A stretch of 64,000 nt of DNA from positions 12,486 through 76,485 of the forward strand of contig JAOTXX010000006.1 of the NCBI GenBank assembly GCA_029862185.1, in the 5' to 3' direction. A program made the position numbers and the translations under genes. Positions 54,083 to 63,681 of the stretch are shown one piece after another. Position 1 is the first letter of the stretch, and every line of letters starts with the position of its first letter. The notes below the pieces were generated by a model, which worked only from the letters and a program-made list of their open reading frames with translations, had not been told where the DNA came from and ran no database searches. The DNA comes from Myxococcales bacterium. GTDB taxonomy: Bacteria > Myxococcota_A > Polyangia > Polyangiales > Houyiibacteriaceae.

Positions 54083-54295
54083 TCATTCGTCGCCGTCGTC
54101 TGTGAGGCGAGGCGCGAACGGGTAGTAGCGCGGCAGGGCGTCTTCTCGCTCGGACGCACCTTCTTCATCCGCTCCCACCCCGCAAGAGGGCTCGGCCGCC
54201 TGAACACGGCCGACGGCGGACGCCGACCTCTTCCGGGCCGATATCCGAATATTCAGTCTGCCAATGGGTGCGCTGATCCGTGGTTGGGTACTCAT
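54083..54295 (-). CDS. Possible small ORF (70 aa), no family recognised
   Basis: ATG at 54295 is preceded by GGAGGGGG, 1 nt upstream. Hand translation starts MSTQPRISAPIGRLNIRISARKRSAS and ends PRYYPFAPRLTDDGDE. Third-position GC bias is weak in its first third. Confidence 0.25.
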   Translation of the reverse strand: MSTQPRISAPIGRLNIRISARKRSASAVGRVQAAEPSCGVGADEEGASEREDALPRYYPFAPRLTDDGDE

Positions 54296-54336
54296 CCCCC
54301 TCCGATCCAAATCGGTGCTGACTTTAACACTAACGG

Positions 54337-56535
54337 ATGTTTCCGAAGAAAGCACAACAGCAGGGCGTTCGGCGCGCAAGGCTGTTAGATTCGCTCGGAA
54401 TCGTGGGGTCGAAGGAGTCAGAAGAGGTCTTGGAGGGCGTGGTCGAGGACGTGGTTTTCCGCAGTGATGACGGAAAGTTCGCTGTGATTCGTCTGGCGGC
54501 TGACGCGGAGGCAGCGCTCGCCTCTCCAAAGACTGCCGTGGGAGACCTCGGCCAGATCGCCCCCGGCGAACACGTTCGCCTGATCGGCCGATGGACGCAG
54601 CACGCGGTATACGGGGCGCGGTTTCGGGTCACCTCGTTCACGCCGACAATTCCCTCCACTGAGCAGGGCATGACTCGCTATCTCGGCTCCGGGCTCATCC
54701 CCGGCATCGGCCCTGCCTTGGCCGCCCGCCTCGTGGACTGCTTTGGTCCGGACACACTGGATGTGATCGCGACCCAGTCCGCCCGGCTGCGCGAGGTTTC
54801 GGGAATCGGCAAACAGCGCGCCGAGTCGATCGCCAAGGCCGTTCGACAACGCCGCGCTGAAGCCGAGACGATGAGCTTCCTCCACGCGCTCGGCATGGGG
54901 CCGGCGACGGCGCGCGAGATCGTTCGCAAGTACGGCGCGGATGCCCCTCGGGTCGTGAGAGACGATCCCTACATCGTCGCCGAGCAGATTCGCGGCATCG
55001 GTTTTCGAACCGCCGATCGGATCGCAGAAGCGCTTGGAATCGCCGGCGATGATTTGAGGCGCGTTCAAGGCGGCGTGCTGCATCTGATCGGCAAAGCAGT
55101 CGACGAAGGCCATGTCTTTGCAACGCGGGAGCAGCTCCGTAACGGCCTCGAGCAACTCGATGTCCCTTCCGAGGAGCTCGACGAGGCCCTTCGCGCACTG
55201 CGGGCGCGCGAGCTCGTCACTATCGAAGACGACGCAATGTATCCCCCGGTGTTGCATCGAGCCGAAGTCCTCGTCGCCGAGGCATTGAGCGCCTTCGCCG
55301 ACCGCCCGAAAGTGCAACAACCCGTCAAGACGCACGACACTACGCTCAGCGATACGCAGCGAACCGCGGTCGACGCGTCACTCGGAACTCATCTGCTCGT
55401 GCTCACGGGCGGACCAGGCACCGGTAAGACGACAACGGTCCGCGCGATCGTTCAGGCACATGCAGCGCTCGATCGCCGAGTCGCTCTTTGTGCGCCCACG
55501 GGTCGAGCGGCCAAGCGCCTTTCGGAGGCCGCCCGCATCGAAGCCAAGACGATCCACCGCCTCCTCGAGTGGAATCCAGCCACCGGTCACTTCAATCGGA
55601 ACCAGCGCTTGCCCCTGGACGCCGACCTGATCCTCGTCGATGAAGCGTCGATGCTCGACATCCGCCTCGCCTCACAACTCCTGGCCGCCATTCCTCGAAA
55701 CGCGACGCTCGTGCTGGTCGGCGATATCGATCAGCTGCCACCGGTTGGACCGGGGCAGCCTTTGCGGGACCTGATCGCATCCAAGGTTTGCAAGACGATC
55801 CGACTTCACGAGGTGTTTCGCCAGGCACAGCAAAGCGCGATCGTTCGGGGCGCCCATGCGGTGCTCGAGGGCCGTATGCCGGAGCCGACGCCGAGCGGAA
55901 CGAAAGGCGACGGGGACTTGTTCCTGATCTCCGCGACCGATCCGGACACGATCACCGAGCGCCTCATCCAAACGCTACGTCGAATGTCGGCGGCCTATGG
56001 ATTCGACCCGCTTGCCGACGTACAAGTGATGACGCCAATGCGGCGCGGCCCGCTCGGCACGATCAAGCTCAACGAAGTCCTTCAAGAGGCCTTCAACCCG
56101 GGCAAGCGAGAGGGCGCGCTTCCCAGCTCATTTCGACAGGGCGACAAGGTGATGCAGCTTCGCAACGACTACGACAAGGAAGTCTACAACGGGGACCTTG
56201 GCGAGGTGCACAGAATTGAAGGTGGCGTCACCTACATACGCTTTGACGGACGCGAGGTTCAGTACAAGGCCGACGAGCTCGATGCGATCTCGCTCGCCTA
56301 CGCCTGCACCGTCCACAAGGTTCAAGGCAGCGAGTTCCCAGCCGCCGTCATCGTCCTGCACAATGCCCATTTCATGCTGCTCAACCGCGCTCTGCTCTAC
56401 ACGGCACTGACGCGCGCGAAAAAGCTGGTCGTGCTCGTGGGCGACCCGCGTGCGATGGCCCGGGCCGCTCGGAACGCCCTCTCCTATGAAACCAACTCGA
56501 GGCTCCTCGACCGGCTTCGCTCGCTTTCGGCCTAG
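54337..56535 (+). CDS. recD2: RecD2-type SF1 5'-3' DNA helicase (RecD/TraA family)
   Basis: The N-terminal segment LEGVVEDVVFRSDDGKFAVIRL is OB-like. Walker A is LTGGPGTGKTT. VDEASMLD, GDIDQLPPVGPG and TVHKVQGSEF also match. Confidence 0.9.
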   Translation: MFPKKAQQQGVRRARLLDSLGIVGSKESEEVLEGVVEDVVFRSDDGKFAVIRLAADAEAALASPKTAVGDLGQIAPGEHVRLIGRWTQHAVYGARFRVTSFTPTIPSTEQGMTRYLGSGLIPGIGPALAARLVDCFGPDTLDVIATQSARLREVSGIGKQRAESIAKAVRQRRAEAETMSFLHALGMGPATAREIVRKYGADAPRVVRDDPYIVAEQIRGIGFRTADRIAEALGIAGDDLRRVQGGVLHLIGKAVDEGHVFATREQLRNGLEQLDVPSEELDEALRALRARELVTIEDDAMYPPVLHRAEVLVAEALSAFADRPKVQQPVKTHDTTLSDTQRTAVDASLGTHLLVLTGGPGTGKTTTVRAIVQAHAALDRRVALCAPTGRAAKRLSEAARIEAKTIHRLLEWNPATGHFNRNQRLPLDADLILVDEASMLDIRLASQLLAAIPRNATLVLVGDIDQLPPVGPGQPLRDLIASKVCKTIRLHEVFRQAQQSAIVRGAHAVLEGRMPEPTPSGTKGDGDLFLISATDPDTITERLIQTLRRMSAAYGFDPLADVQVMTPMRRGPLGTIKLNEVLQEAFNPGKREGALPSSFRQGDKVMQLRNDYDKEVYNGDLGEVHRIEGGVTYIRFDGREVQYKADELDAISLAYACTVHKVQGSEFPAAVIVLHNAHFMLLNRALLYTALTRAKKLVVLVGDPRAMARAARNALSYETNSRLLDRLRSLSA

Positions 56536-56549
56536 CGGCCCTCGCGGCC

Positions 56550-57653
56550 CTAACGGTCATCGAAGGCGTGGACGATGGCCTCGTGAAACCGTGGCCGAAA
56601 AGCCCGGATCGCGGCATTGTCGTCGGAGACCGCCACCCGATTGGTCAGGAGCACGATCACGAGCTGCCGCCGTGGGTCGCACCAAAGCGAGGTGCCAGTG
56701 AATCCGAGGTGACCGAACGCATCCGAGTCGATCGAAGTGCCAGCAGCGCTTCCTTCCTCGGCCTTGCCATCCCAGCCGAGGCGGTGTGTCCCGCCCGGCC
56801 TCCGTGCAGTTGCATGCCGAACGAGCTCTTCCTCTGCGGCCCCTCGTCGTCCATGCCACGAGGCCACGCACGCGGCGCCAAAGCTCGCGACGCTCCTCGA
56901 CAGCCCAAACATGCCGGCATGGCCGGCGACGCCACCAAGAGCAGCGCAGTTGTCATCATGAACCTCGCCGTTTAAGGTCCGCCCGCGCCACGGGGACCAT
57001 CCTGTCGGCGCGCAGCGTGCCTTCCAATCTTCGTCCGGCCTGCTCGCGCCAAAGAAGACGGTGTCGTCGACCCCGAGGGCCACGGACACGCGCTCCGCCA
57101 CCACCTCGTTCAAGGGTTTGCCCGCCGCGCGGCTCATCGCCACCCCCGCCAGGATGTACCCGAGGTCGCTGTACACGGCGCTGCCCACCGTGGTCGCGTC
57201 CCAATGCGTTAGCAGCTGCGCCAAAATCCATTTGCGCGCTCCATCGGTGCCCGGCTCTTCCGGGAGCGTCTCGTAAAAGGGCGCCCAGGCCTCCAGGCCA
57301 GAACGATGGCTGAGCACCTCTTCCCAGCTGCGCTCGCCGACCGGCAGGCCATTCGCTTCGGGAATCAGCTCCTCGACGCGCTCGCCGAGGTCGAAGACGC
57401 CGCCCTGATACAAGCGCAGCGCCGCGTTGGCCACCCATGGCTTGGTGAGCGAAGCCAAATCATAGAAGGTGTCGACCGTGACCGGCACTGAGCCCTCGGC
57501 TCGGAGCCCCGCAACCGCATCGACGTAGTGCCAGGCAGCTCGGTCCCAAAACGCAACCGAGGCACTTGCTCCCGGAAACACCGCGGCTGCGCATCCCGCG
57601 GCGAGTTGCTGCTGCAATGCGCGCTCGATCCGCGTCGAGAGGTTGGCGGTCAC
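56550..57653 (-). CDS. Serine hydrolase of the beta-lactamase / PBP4*-like (class C-type) family
   Basis: The S-x-x-K motif is DLASLTKPW. YSDLGY and HLGFTG motifs are present. GTG start. Confidence 0.85.
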   Translation of the reverse strand: MTANLSTRIERALQQQLAAGCAAAVFPGASASVAFWDRAAWHYVDAVAGLRAEGSVPVTVDTFYDLASLTKPWVANAALRLYQGGVFDLGERVEELIPEANGLPVGERSWEEVLSHRSGLEAWAPFYETLPEEPGTDGARKWILAQLLTHWDATTVGSAVYSDLGYILAGVAMSRAAGKPLNEVVAERVSVALGVDDTVFFGASRPDEDWKARCAPTGWSPWRGRTLNGEVHDDNCAALGGVAGHAGMFGLSRSVASFGAACVASWHGRRGAAEEELVRHATARRPGGTHRLGWDGKAEEGSAAGTSIDSDAFGHLGFTGTSLWCDPRRQLVIVLLTNRVAVSDDNAAIRAFRPRFHEAIVHAFDDR

Positions 57654-57704
57654 GCCTGCTGTCTACCCAATCGCGCTGCGATGGTCTACAGGAAGCGCCC
57701 AGCC

Positions 57705-58742
57705 ATGACGCTCCCCTATCTCACGAGCTCGATCGCTCCGATCGAAGCCGAGTTTCGATCGACTCCCGAGGATTTCGAGGTCGAAGAGCTACCGGCGTAT
57801 CCGCCGAGTGGAACGGGCGAACATGCATTTGCGTTCATCGAGAAGCGCGGCTTGACGACCAAGGACGCGGTTCATGCGCTTTGCGAGCGTGTCGGAGCCG
57901 ACCCGAAAGCAGCGGGATGGGCCGGCCTCAAGGATCGCCACGCCGTGACCAGGCAATGGATCAGTATTTTCGGCGCCTCCCCCAGCGCGCTTCTCCAGGC
58001 GGAGGTCGAAGGCATTCGGGTTCTCGAGGCGGCGCTTCATCCACAGAAGCTTCGAACCGGCCACCTCCATGCGAATCGGTTTCGGATCCGCCTGCGGCAA
58101 ATCGACGCATCGAGAATAGACGAGCTTCGCCGACTGTTGTCTGTAATCGAAAGCGACGGTCTCCCCAACTACTACGGAGAGCAGCGATTTGGACGTGACG
58201 GCGACAATGCCGAGCGCGCGCTTCGATGGGTTCTCGGCAAGGCTCGAGCGCCCCAAGGAGGTTTTCCGCGAAAGCTTCAGATGTCTGCGCTCCAGTCCGA
58301 AATCTTCAACCGATGCGTTGCCGCGCGCGTGCAAACCTCGACGCTTGGGAAGGTTTGCCCAGGCGATCTCGTGAAGAAGCATGGGTCTGGAGGCTTGTTC
58401 GTTGCGCCCGATGTCGAGGAGACGCAGGCCCGGGCCGACGCTTGGGAGATCAGCCCCACCGGACCGATCTTCGGCGCCAAGATGCGCTGGCCCGAAGGCG
58501 ACGCCCGCAAACGCGAAGAGGCGCTGCTAGAGGAGTCGGGTTTGACCCTGGATCGGCTGGCCAAGTGGAAGCGCGTGGCCCCGGGGACCCGGCGGTTCGT
58601 CCGTGTCCCGGTGCGAAATCTAGACCTGACTGTGAGTGACAATACGGTGGAGCTGGATTTCACCCTACCCGCTGGCTCCTACGCGACCATATTGGTGCGG
58701 GAGATTCTCAAGCGGGATGCACAGCCGCCCAAGACCGGCTAA
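57705..58742 (+). CDS. truD: tRNA pseudouridine(13) synthase TruD
   Basis: PEDFEVEE, GLKDRHAVTRQW (contains the catalytic Asp) and NYYGEQRFG. ATG at 57705. Confidence 0.9.
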   Translation: MTLPYLTSSIAPIEAEFRSTPEDFEVEELPAYPPSGTGEHAFAFIEKRGLTTKDAVHALCERVGADPKAAGWAGLKDRHAVTRQWISIFGASPSALLQAEVEGIRVLEAALHPQKLRTGHLHANRFRIRLRQIDASRIDELRRLLSVIESDGLPNYYGEQRFGRDGDNAERALRWVLGKARAPQGGFPRKLQMSALQSEIFNRCVAARVQTSTLGKVCPGDLVKKHGSGGLFVAPDVEETQARADAWEISPTGPIFGAKMRWPEGDARKREEALLEESGLTLDRLAKWKRVAPGTRRFVRVPVRNLDLTVSDNTVELDFTLPAGSYATILVREILKRDAQPPKTG

Positions 58743-58768
58743 AAGCGCGCTTCTACCCGAGGACAAGT

Positions 58769-59413
58769 ATGATCGACATTCAAGAGAGATTGACCGCCTT
58801 CGCCATGCTTGGCGCGACCTGGGTCATGTGGCTTCTGATTATCCTCTCCATCTTCGGCGTGGCGATCATTTTCGAGCGCATTTACTACTTCTTCGCCTCC
58901 CGCGATGACGTGCGCGCCCTTCAAGAGGACCTGCGCCTGCACCTCGCGAAAGACGACTTGCCCGGGGCCCGTGACCGTCTTGCCCAGTCGCGCTCATTTC
59001 AGGCCAAGATCGTCCACTCCGGCATCGAAGTGGTGGATGACGGCACGGACGCGGTCGAAGAACGACTAGCCGGTGAGACAGCCGTGGCACGCACCCAAAT
59101 GGAGCGAAATCTCGGCTTCCTCGGCACGGTGGGCAACAACGCGCCTTTCGTCGGTCTTCTCGGAACGGTCATCGGCGTCATCAAAGCGTTCCACGTGCTC
59201 GACGAGAGCGCAGGCAAGGTGACCAGCGGCTTGATGACCGAGGTCGGTGAAGCGCTCGTTGCGACGGCCATCGGCATCCTCGTGGCCCTGCCAGCCGTCG
59301 CCTTTTACAACTTCTTCCAGCGCTTGATTCGATACCGCCTGACTTGGGCCGATGCGCTCGGCCGCGACTTGCTGGCTTACCTCAAGGGCAACGCCCGCAA
59401 CGGGAGCGAGTAA
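58769..59413 (+). CDS. exbB: MotA/TolQ/ExbB proton-channel family protein
   Basis: LGFLGTVGNNAPFVGLLGTVIGVI...ALVATAIGILVALPAV is the family core. GAGGA RBS. Confidence 0.9.
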   Translation: MIDIQERLTAFAMLGATWVMWLLIILSIFGVAIIFERIYYFFASRDDVRALQEDLRLHLAKDDLPGARDRLAQSRSFQAKIVHSGIEVVDDGTDAVEERLAGETAVARTQMERNLGFLGTVGNNAPFVGLLGTVIGVIKAFHVLDESAGKVTSGLMTEVGEALVATAIGILVALPAVAFYNFFQRLIRYRLTWADALGRDLLAYLKGNARNGSE

Positions 59414-59414
59414 G

Positions 59415-59834
59415 ATGGCCGGCGGCGCGCGATCCGGGGATGACGACGACCTGATTACAGACATCAACGTCACGCCTTTGGTCGATGTCGTGCTCGTTCT
59501 CTTGATCATCCTGATGGTCACCGCAACAGCCATCGTTTCCAAGACGATTCCGATGGAGCTCCCGAAGGCCGCGACCGGCGAGCAGACGCCGGCGACGCTC
59601 GCCGTGTCGATCGACCAGAACGGTCGGCTCTTCCTCGACACGATTCCCGTCAACACCGACGAGCTTCGAACCCGCGTGCGCGCTGCCCGTGAAATCGACG
59701 AAGACCTTCGCGCCGTGATCGCCGCCGACGGCAGAATTGCCCATGCCAAGGTCATTCAAGTGATCGACATCCTGCGCCAGGAACGAATCACGAAGTTTGC
59801 CATCAATGTCCGGCCCGAGGAGATCGGACGCTGA
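59415..59834 (+). CDS. exbD: ExbD/TolR biopolymer transport protein
   Basis: ITDINVTPLVDVVLVLLIILMV. ATG at 59415 lies 1 nt after the exbB stop. Confidence 0.9.
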   Translation: MAGGARSGDDDDLITDINVTPLVDVVLVLLIILMVTATAIVSKTIPMELPKAATGEQTPATLAVSIDQNGRLFLDTIPVNTDELRTRVRAAREIDEDLRAVIAADGRIAHAKVIQVIDILRQERITKFAINVRPEEIGR

Positions 59835-59854
59835 GCCTCGTTGCTGCTGACCCG

Positions 59855-60667
59855 ATGTCCAACCCTTTCGAGAATCTGGCTCCGTGGGCGCTCGACTCGG
59901 CCTGGGTCATTTTGGCCATCGCGACTCACGCGGCCTTCTTGGGTTTGACGCCGAACATTGGGGCGCGACCGGGGCCATCCGATCGGTCCGATGCCGTCGC
60001 CGTGGCGATCATCGACCAGGAGCCCCCCGCACCCGAGCCCGAAGAGCCGGTCGAAGAAGAGGCCCCGGAGCCCGAGGAGCCGGAGCCCGTCAAGCCCCCG
60101 CCAAAGCCTAAGACCTGGAGAGCCCCGAAGGATCCACCGAAGGCGCCGGCGGAGCCGCCCGCCGCTGCACCGGAGACCCCGGTCACGTTCGACAACATCG
60201 TCCTCACCAATGAGGGCAGCGAGCCTTCGTCCTGGGCGGTGGACCCAGGCTCTGGCGAGAGCCGCGACGGACCGATCGGCAAACCCGACGCCGTGGTCAC
60301 CGGCAGGAGCCGGGACGGCGTGCTCGGCGGGATAGTTGGAGGCACCGGCATCGGGGTGGTCGTCGACCTGGGCGACCTCTCGAGACGCCCAATTCCGCCG
60401 AGTTTGAAGCAAAAGCTAGAAAGACTTTACCCCAAGAAGGCCAAGCAGGAAGGCGTCGAAGGCCAAGCCGTCGTGCGGCTGCAGATCGGGCCCGATGGCT
60501 CGCCGAGCAAGATCCGACTCATCTCCGAAGACCCGATCGACTACAAGTTCGGGCAGATCTGCAAACAAGCCCTGCAAGGCGCGACATGGAAACCCCCGCT
60601 CGATAAAGAGGGCAAGCCGGTCAGCACCCGGGTGACGTTCACCTGCGGCTTCGAGATTCGCTTCTAG
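59855..60667 (+). CDS. tonB: TonB-family energy transducer
   Basis: N-terminal TM helix, a Pro/Glu/Lys-rich spacer (EPEEPVEEEAPEPEEPEPVKPPPKPK), and a C-terminal TonB domain (YPKKAKQEGVEGQAVVRLQIGPDGS). Confidence 0.8.
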   Translation: MSNPFENLAPWALDSAWVILAIATHAAFLGLTPNIGARPGPSDRSDAVAVAIIDQEPPAPEPEEPVEEEAPEPEEPEPVKPPPKPKTWRAPKDPPKAPAEPPAAAPETPVTFDNIVLTNEGSEPSSWAVDPGSGESRDGPIGKPDAVVTGRSRDGVLGGIVGGTGIGVVVDLGDLSRRPIPPSLKQKLERLYPKKAKQEGVEGQAVVRLQIGPDGSPSKIRLISEDPIDYKFGQICKQALQGATWKPPLDKEGKPVSTRVTFTCGFEIRF

Positions 60668-60771
60668 GCGATGACCGGCGAGCAGCCCGGCGGGATGAAT
60701 TGCCGCCGATGGGCGTCGGGAAACGTCCGCGTTTTTTGACTCCCTCTGCCGCGGAACGGTACCCCAGGTCC

Positions 60772-61392
60772 ATGCGGTGGATTCTGCTCAGCCTGATGGC
60801 GCTCAGCTGTGCCTGCTGGGGCGAGGACGAAGAAGCGCCGGGAGAGCTCGTCGGCAGCTTCCAAGCGCTTGGCCTGATGGTCGAGCAGAGCTGCGGCGCG
60901 GCGGTCCCTGCGCCCGATCCCCTGGACCTGAAGTTCGACCTTCGTTCGGAGTCCAACGGCCGCGCGTACTGGCGTCTATGGGGTGGCGCCATGTTTGCTG
61001 GAATCGAGAAAGGCGACACGTACACGTTTCAAACGAGTCAGAGCTGGATGGTGATCGAGCCCGATCGTTTTCGGGGCTACGTTGGCTGCTCAGTCACGCA
61101 GCGCGACGTCTTCACCTTCGAGGTGTCCGTTCCCGAGGTCGAGGCTGGCCTGGACGGCGGCGTTGAAGATGACGCCGGGGTCCATGGAGACGCCGGCACC
61201 GAAGCGGACGCCGGGGTCGACACCGGGATCGATCCGACGCTCGTCCTCATCACAGGCTCGCAGACGACCGAAATTGTTCCGCTGACCGGCGCGGACTGCA
61301 CGCCCGCGGTGGCTGCGCTGGGTGGCCCGTTCCTCTCGCTGCCCTGCCGCGTCGAGTACGTCCTCAGTGGCAACGGGATCGCTCCCGACTAG
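60772..61392 (+). CDS. Hypothetical lipoprotein with an acidic Asp/Gly-rich linker
   Basis: ATG at 60772. Signal peptide and lipobox MRWILLSLMALSC. No family recognised. Confidence 0.55.
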   Translation: MRWILLSLMALSCACWGEDEEAPGELVGSFQALGLMVEQSCGAAVPAPDPLDLKFDLRSESNGRAYWRLWGGAMFAGIEKGDTYTFQTSQSWMVIEPDRFRGYVGCSVTQRDVFTFEVSVPEVEAGLDGGVEDDAGVHGDAGTEADAGVDTGIDPTLVLITGSQTTEIVPLTGADCTPAVAALGGPFLSLPCRVEYVLSGNGIAPD

Positions 61393-61399
61393 AGAAGGG

Positions 61400-62824
61400 C
61401 TAATCTTCGTCGGACGATTCCGGCGGAAACTGCGAGGGCTTCAGCGCCCCGATAGGGACCGATGGACGCACGGACGGCGGCGCGGACGGACGGACTGGCG
61501 GAATGCTGCTCGCTCGTTTGAGCGAACCAGGCAAGCGCTCGGCGCGAATGATCATCTTGGGTGAATGAACCCCGAAGAAAATCCCAAGCGTTGCCTCCCG
61601 GCCGCTGATCTCGTCGACTCGGAAATTATTTTGCTCTAGGAGAGCGCAGATTTCGTGGAGTGCATAGAGACGAATCGAGTAGAGGCGATCGTGCTGTTGG
61701 CCGCTGTGGTTTGCCACTCGACGCTTCACGCGGAGGCGTGATGTTGCATAGTCGAAGTCGGTTTCCTCCATGCATACTGCACCGTCGACCTCGAACCAAA
61801 CCTGGTTTGGCTGCGAGCTGATCATGAAATCGCGGTTTACGACCTCGAGCAGGAGCGTTCCGTGCGATCGGATCGCATCGTGAAACTTTCGAATCGTGAG
61901 CTCGTTTTCTTCTTCGCTGAAGTACCCGAACGTCGTGCCCCAACAGAGCATTGCGTCGAAGGGATCCTCGAAGGTGACCTCGCGCATGTCGCCCCGCACG
62001 AAGTCGATCTGCAACCCGCGGTCTTCCGCCTCGTCGTACGCACGGGCGACCATCGTTGGGGAAATGTCGAGACCGACCATGTGATAGCCCCGCGAGGCGA
62101 GCTCGACGGTCTGCACCCCGATCCCGCAGCCGACGTCCAGAATTCTAGACCCTACCGGCACGCGCAGGGCCCGTTCGATGAAACCACACTCGACGGCGAC
62201 TTCCTTTGGTGTCGACGTTCGAACGGTCCGTAAGTACGCCTCGCCAAAGAAATGCTCGTGCCAGGGTCCGTCGTCGTCCTCTTCGACCTCGGGCGGCCCG
62301 GAGTCCATGGAACCGGCTGGCGGAGGCGGGGGTTTGGGGATGGGAATCAAGATGTCCGGGCTTGCGTCGAGCGGTGGTGCGATGTCGCTCCGGGAAAGCA
62401 CGTCCGAATCGTCGAGAAAAAGCTCTTCGGGGGGATCGCTGAATCGCGCCGTGGCGGGCGGCATCGTCGAAGCTCGGATCTTGGGCGGCTCGCTGAAATG
62501 CACGTCGATGGACGGCGTCGACACATCCTCTTCGTCGAGCTGTGGTTCTGCATCCAAGAGCGGATCGGCAATCGTCATGAACGAGGGTTCGGTCGGTTCC
62601 CGGTCATCGCTGGGCTCGACCGCAAAGGTCACGCCGCTCGGGGGATCGAGCTCGACGACGTTCGAAACCTCGTGCGGGGCGCCGCTGCCGTTGGCTCGTG
62701 GCGCAGCGGCGTTGTCGAGCGCGCTGGCGCGGGGAATGTCCGTGATCGGAACTCGAAGCGCGCGCCGCCTCCGTGGAGCAGGCGACGAAATCACGTCTGG
62801 CTCGTCGGCTGGCTCCCCGCTCAC
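61400..62824 (-). CDS. Class I SAM-dependent methyltransferase flanked by long Pro-rich low-complexity regions
   Basis: SAM motif I is ILDVGCGIGVQTVELA...VGLDIS. The first ~200 aa and the last ~45 aa are Pro/Ser/Asp-rich. The GTG start overlaps the psd stop (GTGA). Confidence 0.75.
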   Translation of the reverse strand: MSGEPADEPDVISSPAPRRRRALRVPITDIPRASALDNAAAPRANGSGAPHEVSNVVELDPPSGVTFAVEPSDDREPTEPSFMTIADPLLDAEPQLDEEDVSTPSIDVHFSEPPKIRASTMPPATARFSDPPEELFLDDSDVLSRSDIAPPLDASPDILIPIPKPPPPPAGSMDSGPPEVEEDDDGPWHEHFFGEAYLRTVRTSTPKEVAVECGFIERALRVPVGSRILDVGCGIGVQTVELASRGYHMVGLDISPTMVARAYDEAEDRGLQIDFVRGDMREVTFEDPFDAMLCWGTTFGYFSEEENELTIRKFHDAIRSHGTLLLEVVNRDFMISSQPNQVWFEVDGAVCMEETDFDYATSRLRVKRRVANHSGQQHDRLYSIRLYALHEICALLEQNNFRVDEISGREATLGIFFGVHSPKMIIRAERLPGSLKRASSIPPVRPSAPPSVRPSVPIGALKPSQFPPESSDED

Positions 62825-63681
62825 CGCTTCGCCCCCTTGGCCATGACCTCGCCCATGCGAATCGAAGAGCCCGCTTTCGCAACGACCTCGAGCTCACAAG
62901 CCGGAGGTGTCATGACGATCGCCGTCGAGCCCATGTGGAACACACCGAGCTCATCGCCGCGGTCGAGCGGAATTGGAGAATCGGCGTAGCTTCGCAGACC
63001 CGGAGTGTCCCCCCGGTTCGTCTGCACATCATCAAAGCTCAAGCCGATGCGTCCCACTCCGATCGCTCCCACCATGATCGTCGTCACGATTCCATGGACG
63101 ACGCTCTCTTGCACAATAGCAAGACGCTCGTTCCTTGCGAAAAGCTGAGGGATAAACTCGGTCCCAATTCGGTTCACCGGGAACAAAGTGCCCGAAACGT
63201 AGCGCATACACTGGACGCTTCCGCAGGTCGGCGCGTGTACGCGGTGGTAATCGCGTGGCGAAAGGTAGACGATGAAGTAGTGCCCACCCTCGTACGCGCG
63301 TGCGGCGGCCGAATCGCCGAGAAGGGCCTCGGCGGTGTAGGGCTGCCCTTTGACGATGAGCTCGCCCTCGGCCGAAATCTCCCCGAGGTCCTCGATTCGC
63401 CCGTCCGCCGGGGAGACCAGGGCCCCGGGGTCGGGGTCGACTCGCCTCGCGCCCTCCAGAAGCCTCCGTGTGAAGAAGTCGTCAAAGGTGCGAAAGCCGT
63501 CCGACGGCATGTCGACCTCGGTCAGGTCCACGTCGTAGACGCGGACGAAGGCAGCCACCGCAGCGTCCACGAGCGCCTGGGGAGCTCTCGACGCGGCAAG
63601 CCCGCCAAGCGCCCTACTCAGTCGCTTGCGCGGCAGAGCACGGAGCGTTTGAGCGGCCAGCCGTGAAGCACTCATCCCCAT
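62821..63681 (-). CDS. psd: Phosphatidylserine decarboxylase proenzyme
   Basis: LSPRDYHRVHAP, and FHMGSTAIV which contains the G-S-T self-cleavage site. ATG at 63681 or 63675. The track ORF runs to 63945. Confidence 0.9.
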   Translation of the reverse strand: MGMSASRLAAQTLRALPRKRLSRALGGLAASRAPQALVDAAVAAFVRVYDVDLTEVDMPSDGFRTFDDFFTRRLLEGARRVDPDPGALVSPADGRIEDLGEISAEGELIVKGQPYTAEALLGDSAAARAYEGGHYFIVYLSPRDYHRVHAPTCGSVQCMRYVSGTLFPVNRIGTEFIPQLFARNERLAIVQESVVHGIVTTIMVGAIGVGRIGLSFDDVQTNRGDTPGLRSYADSPIPLDRGDELGVFHMGSTAIVMTPPACELEVVAKAGSSIRMGEVMAKGAKR

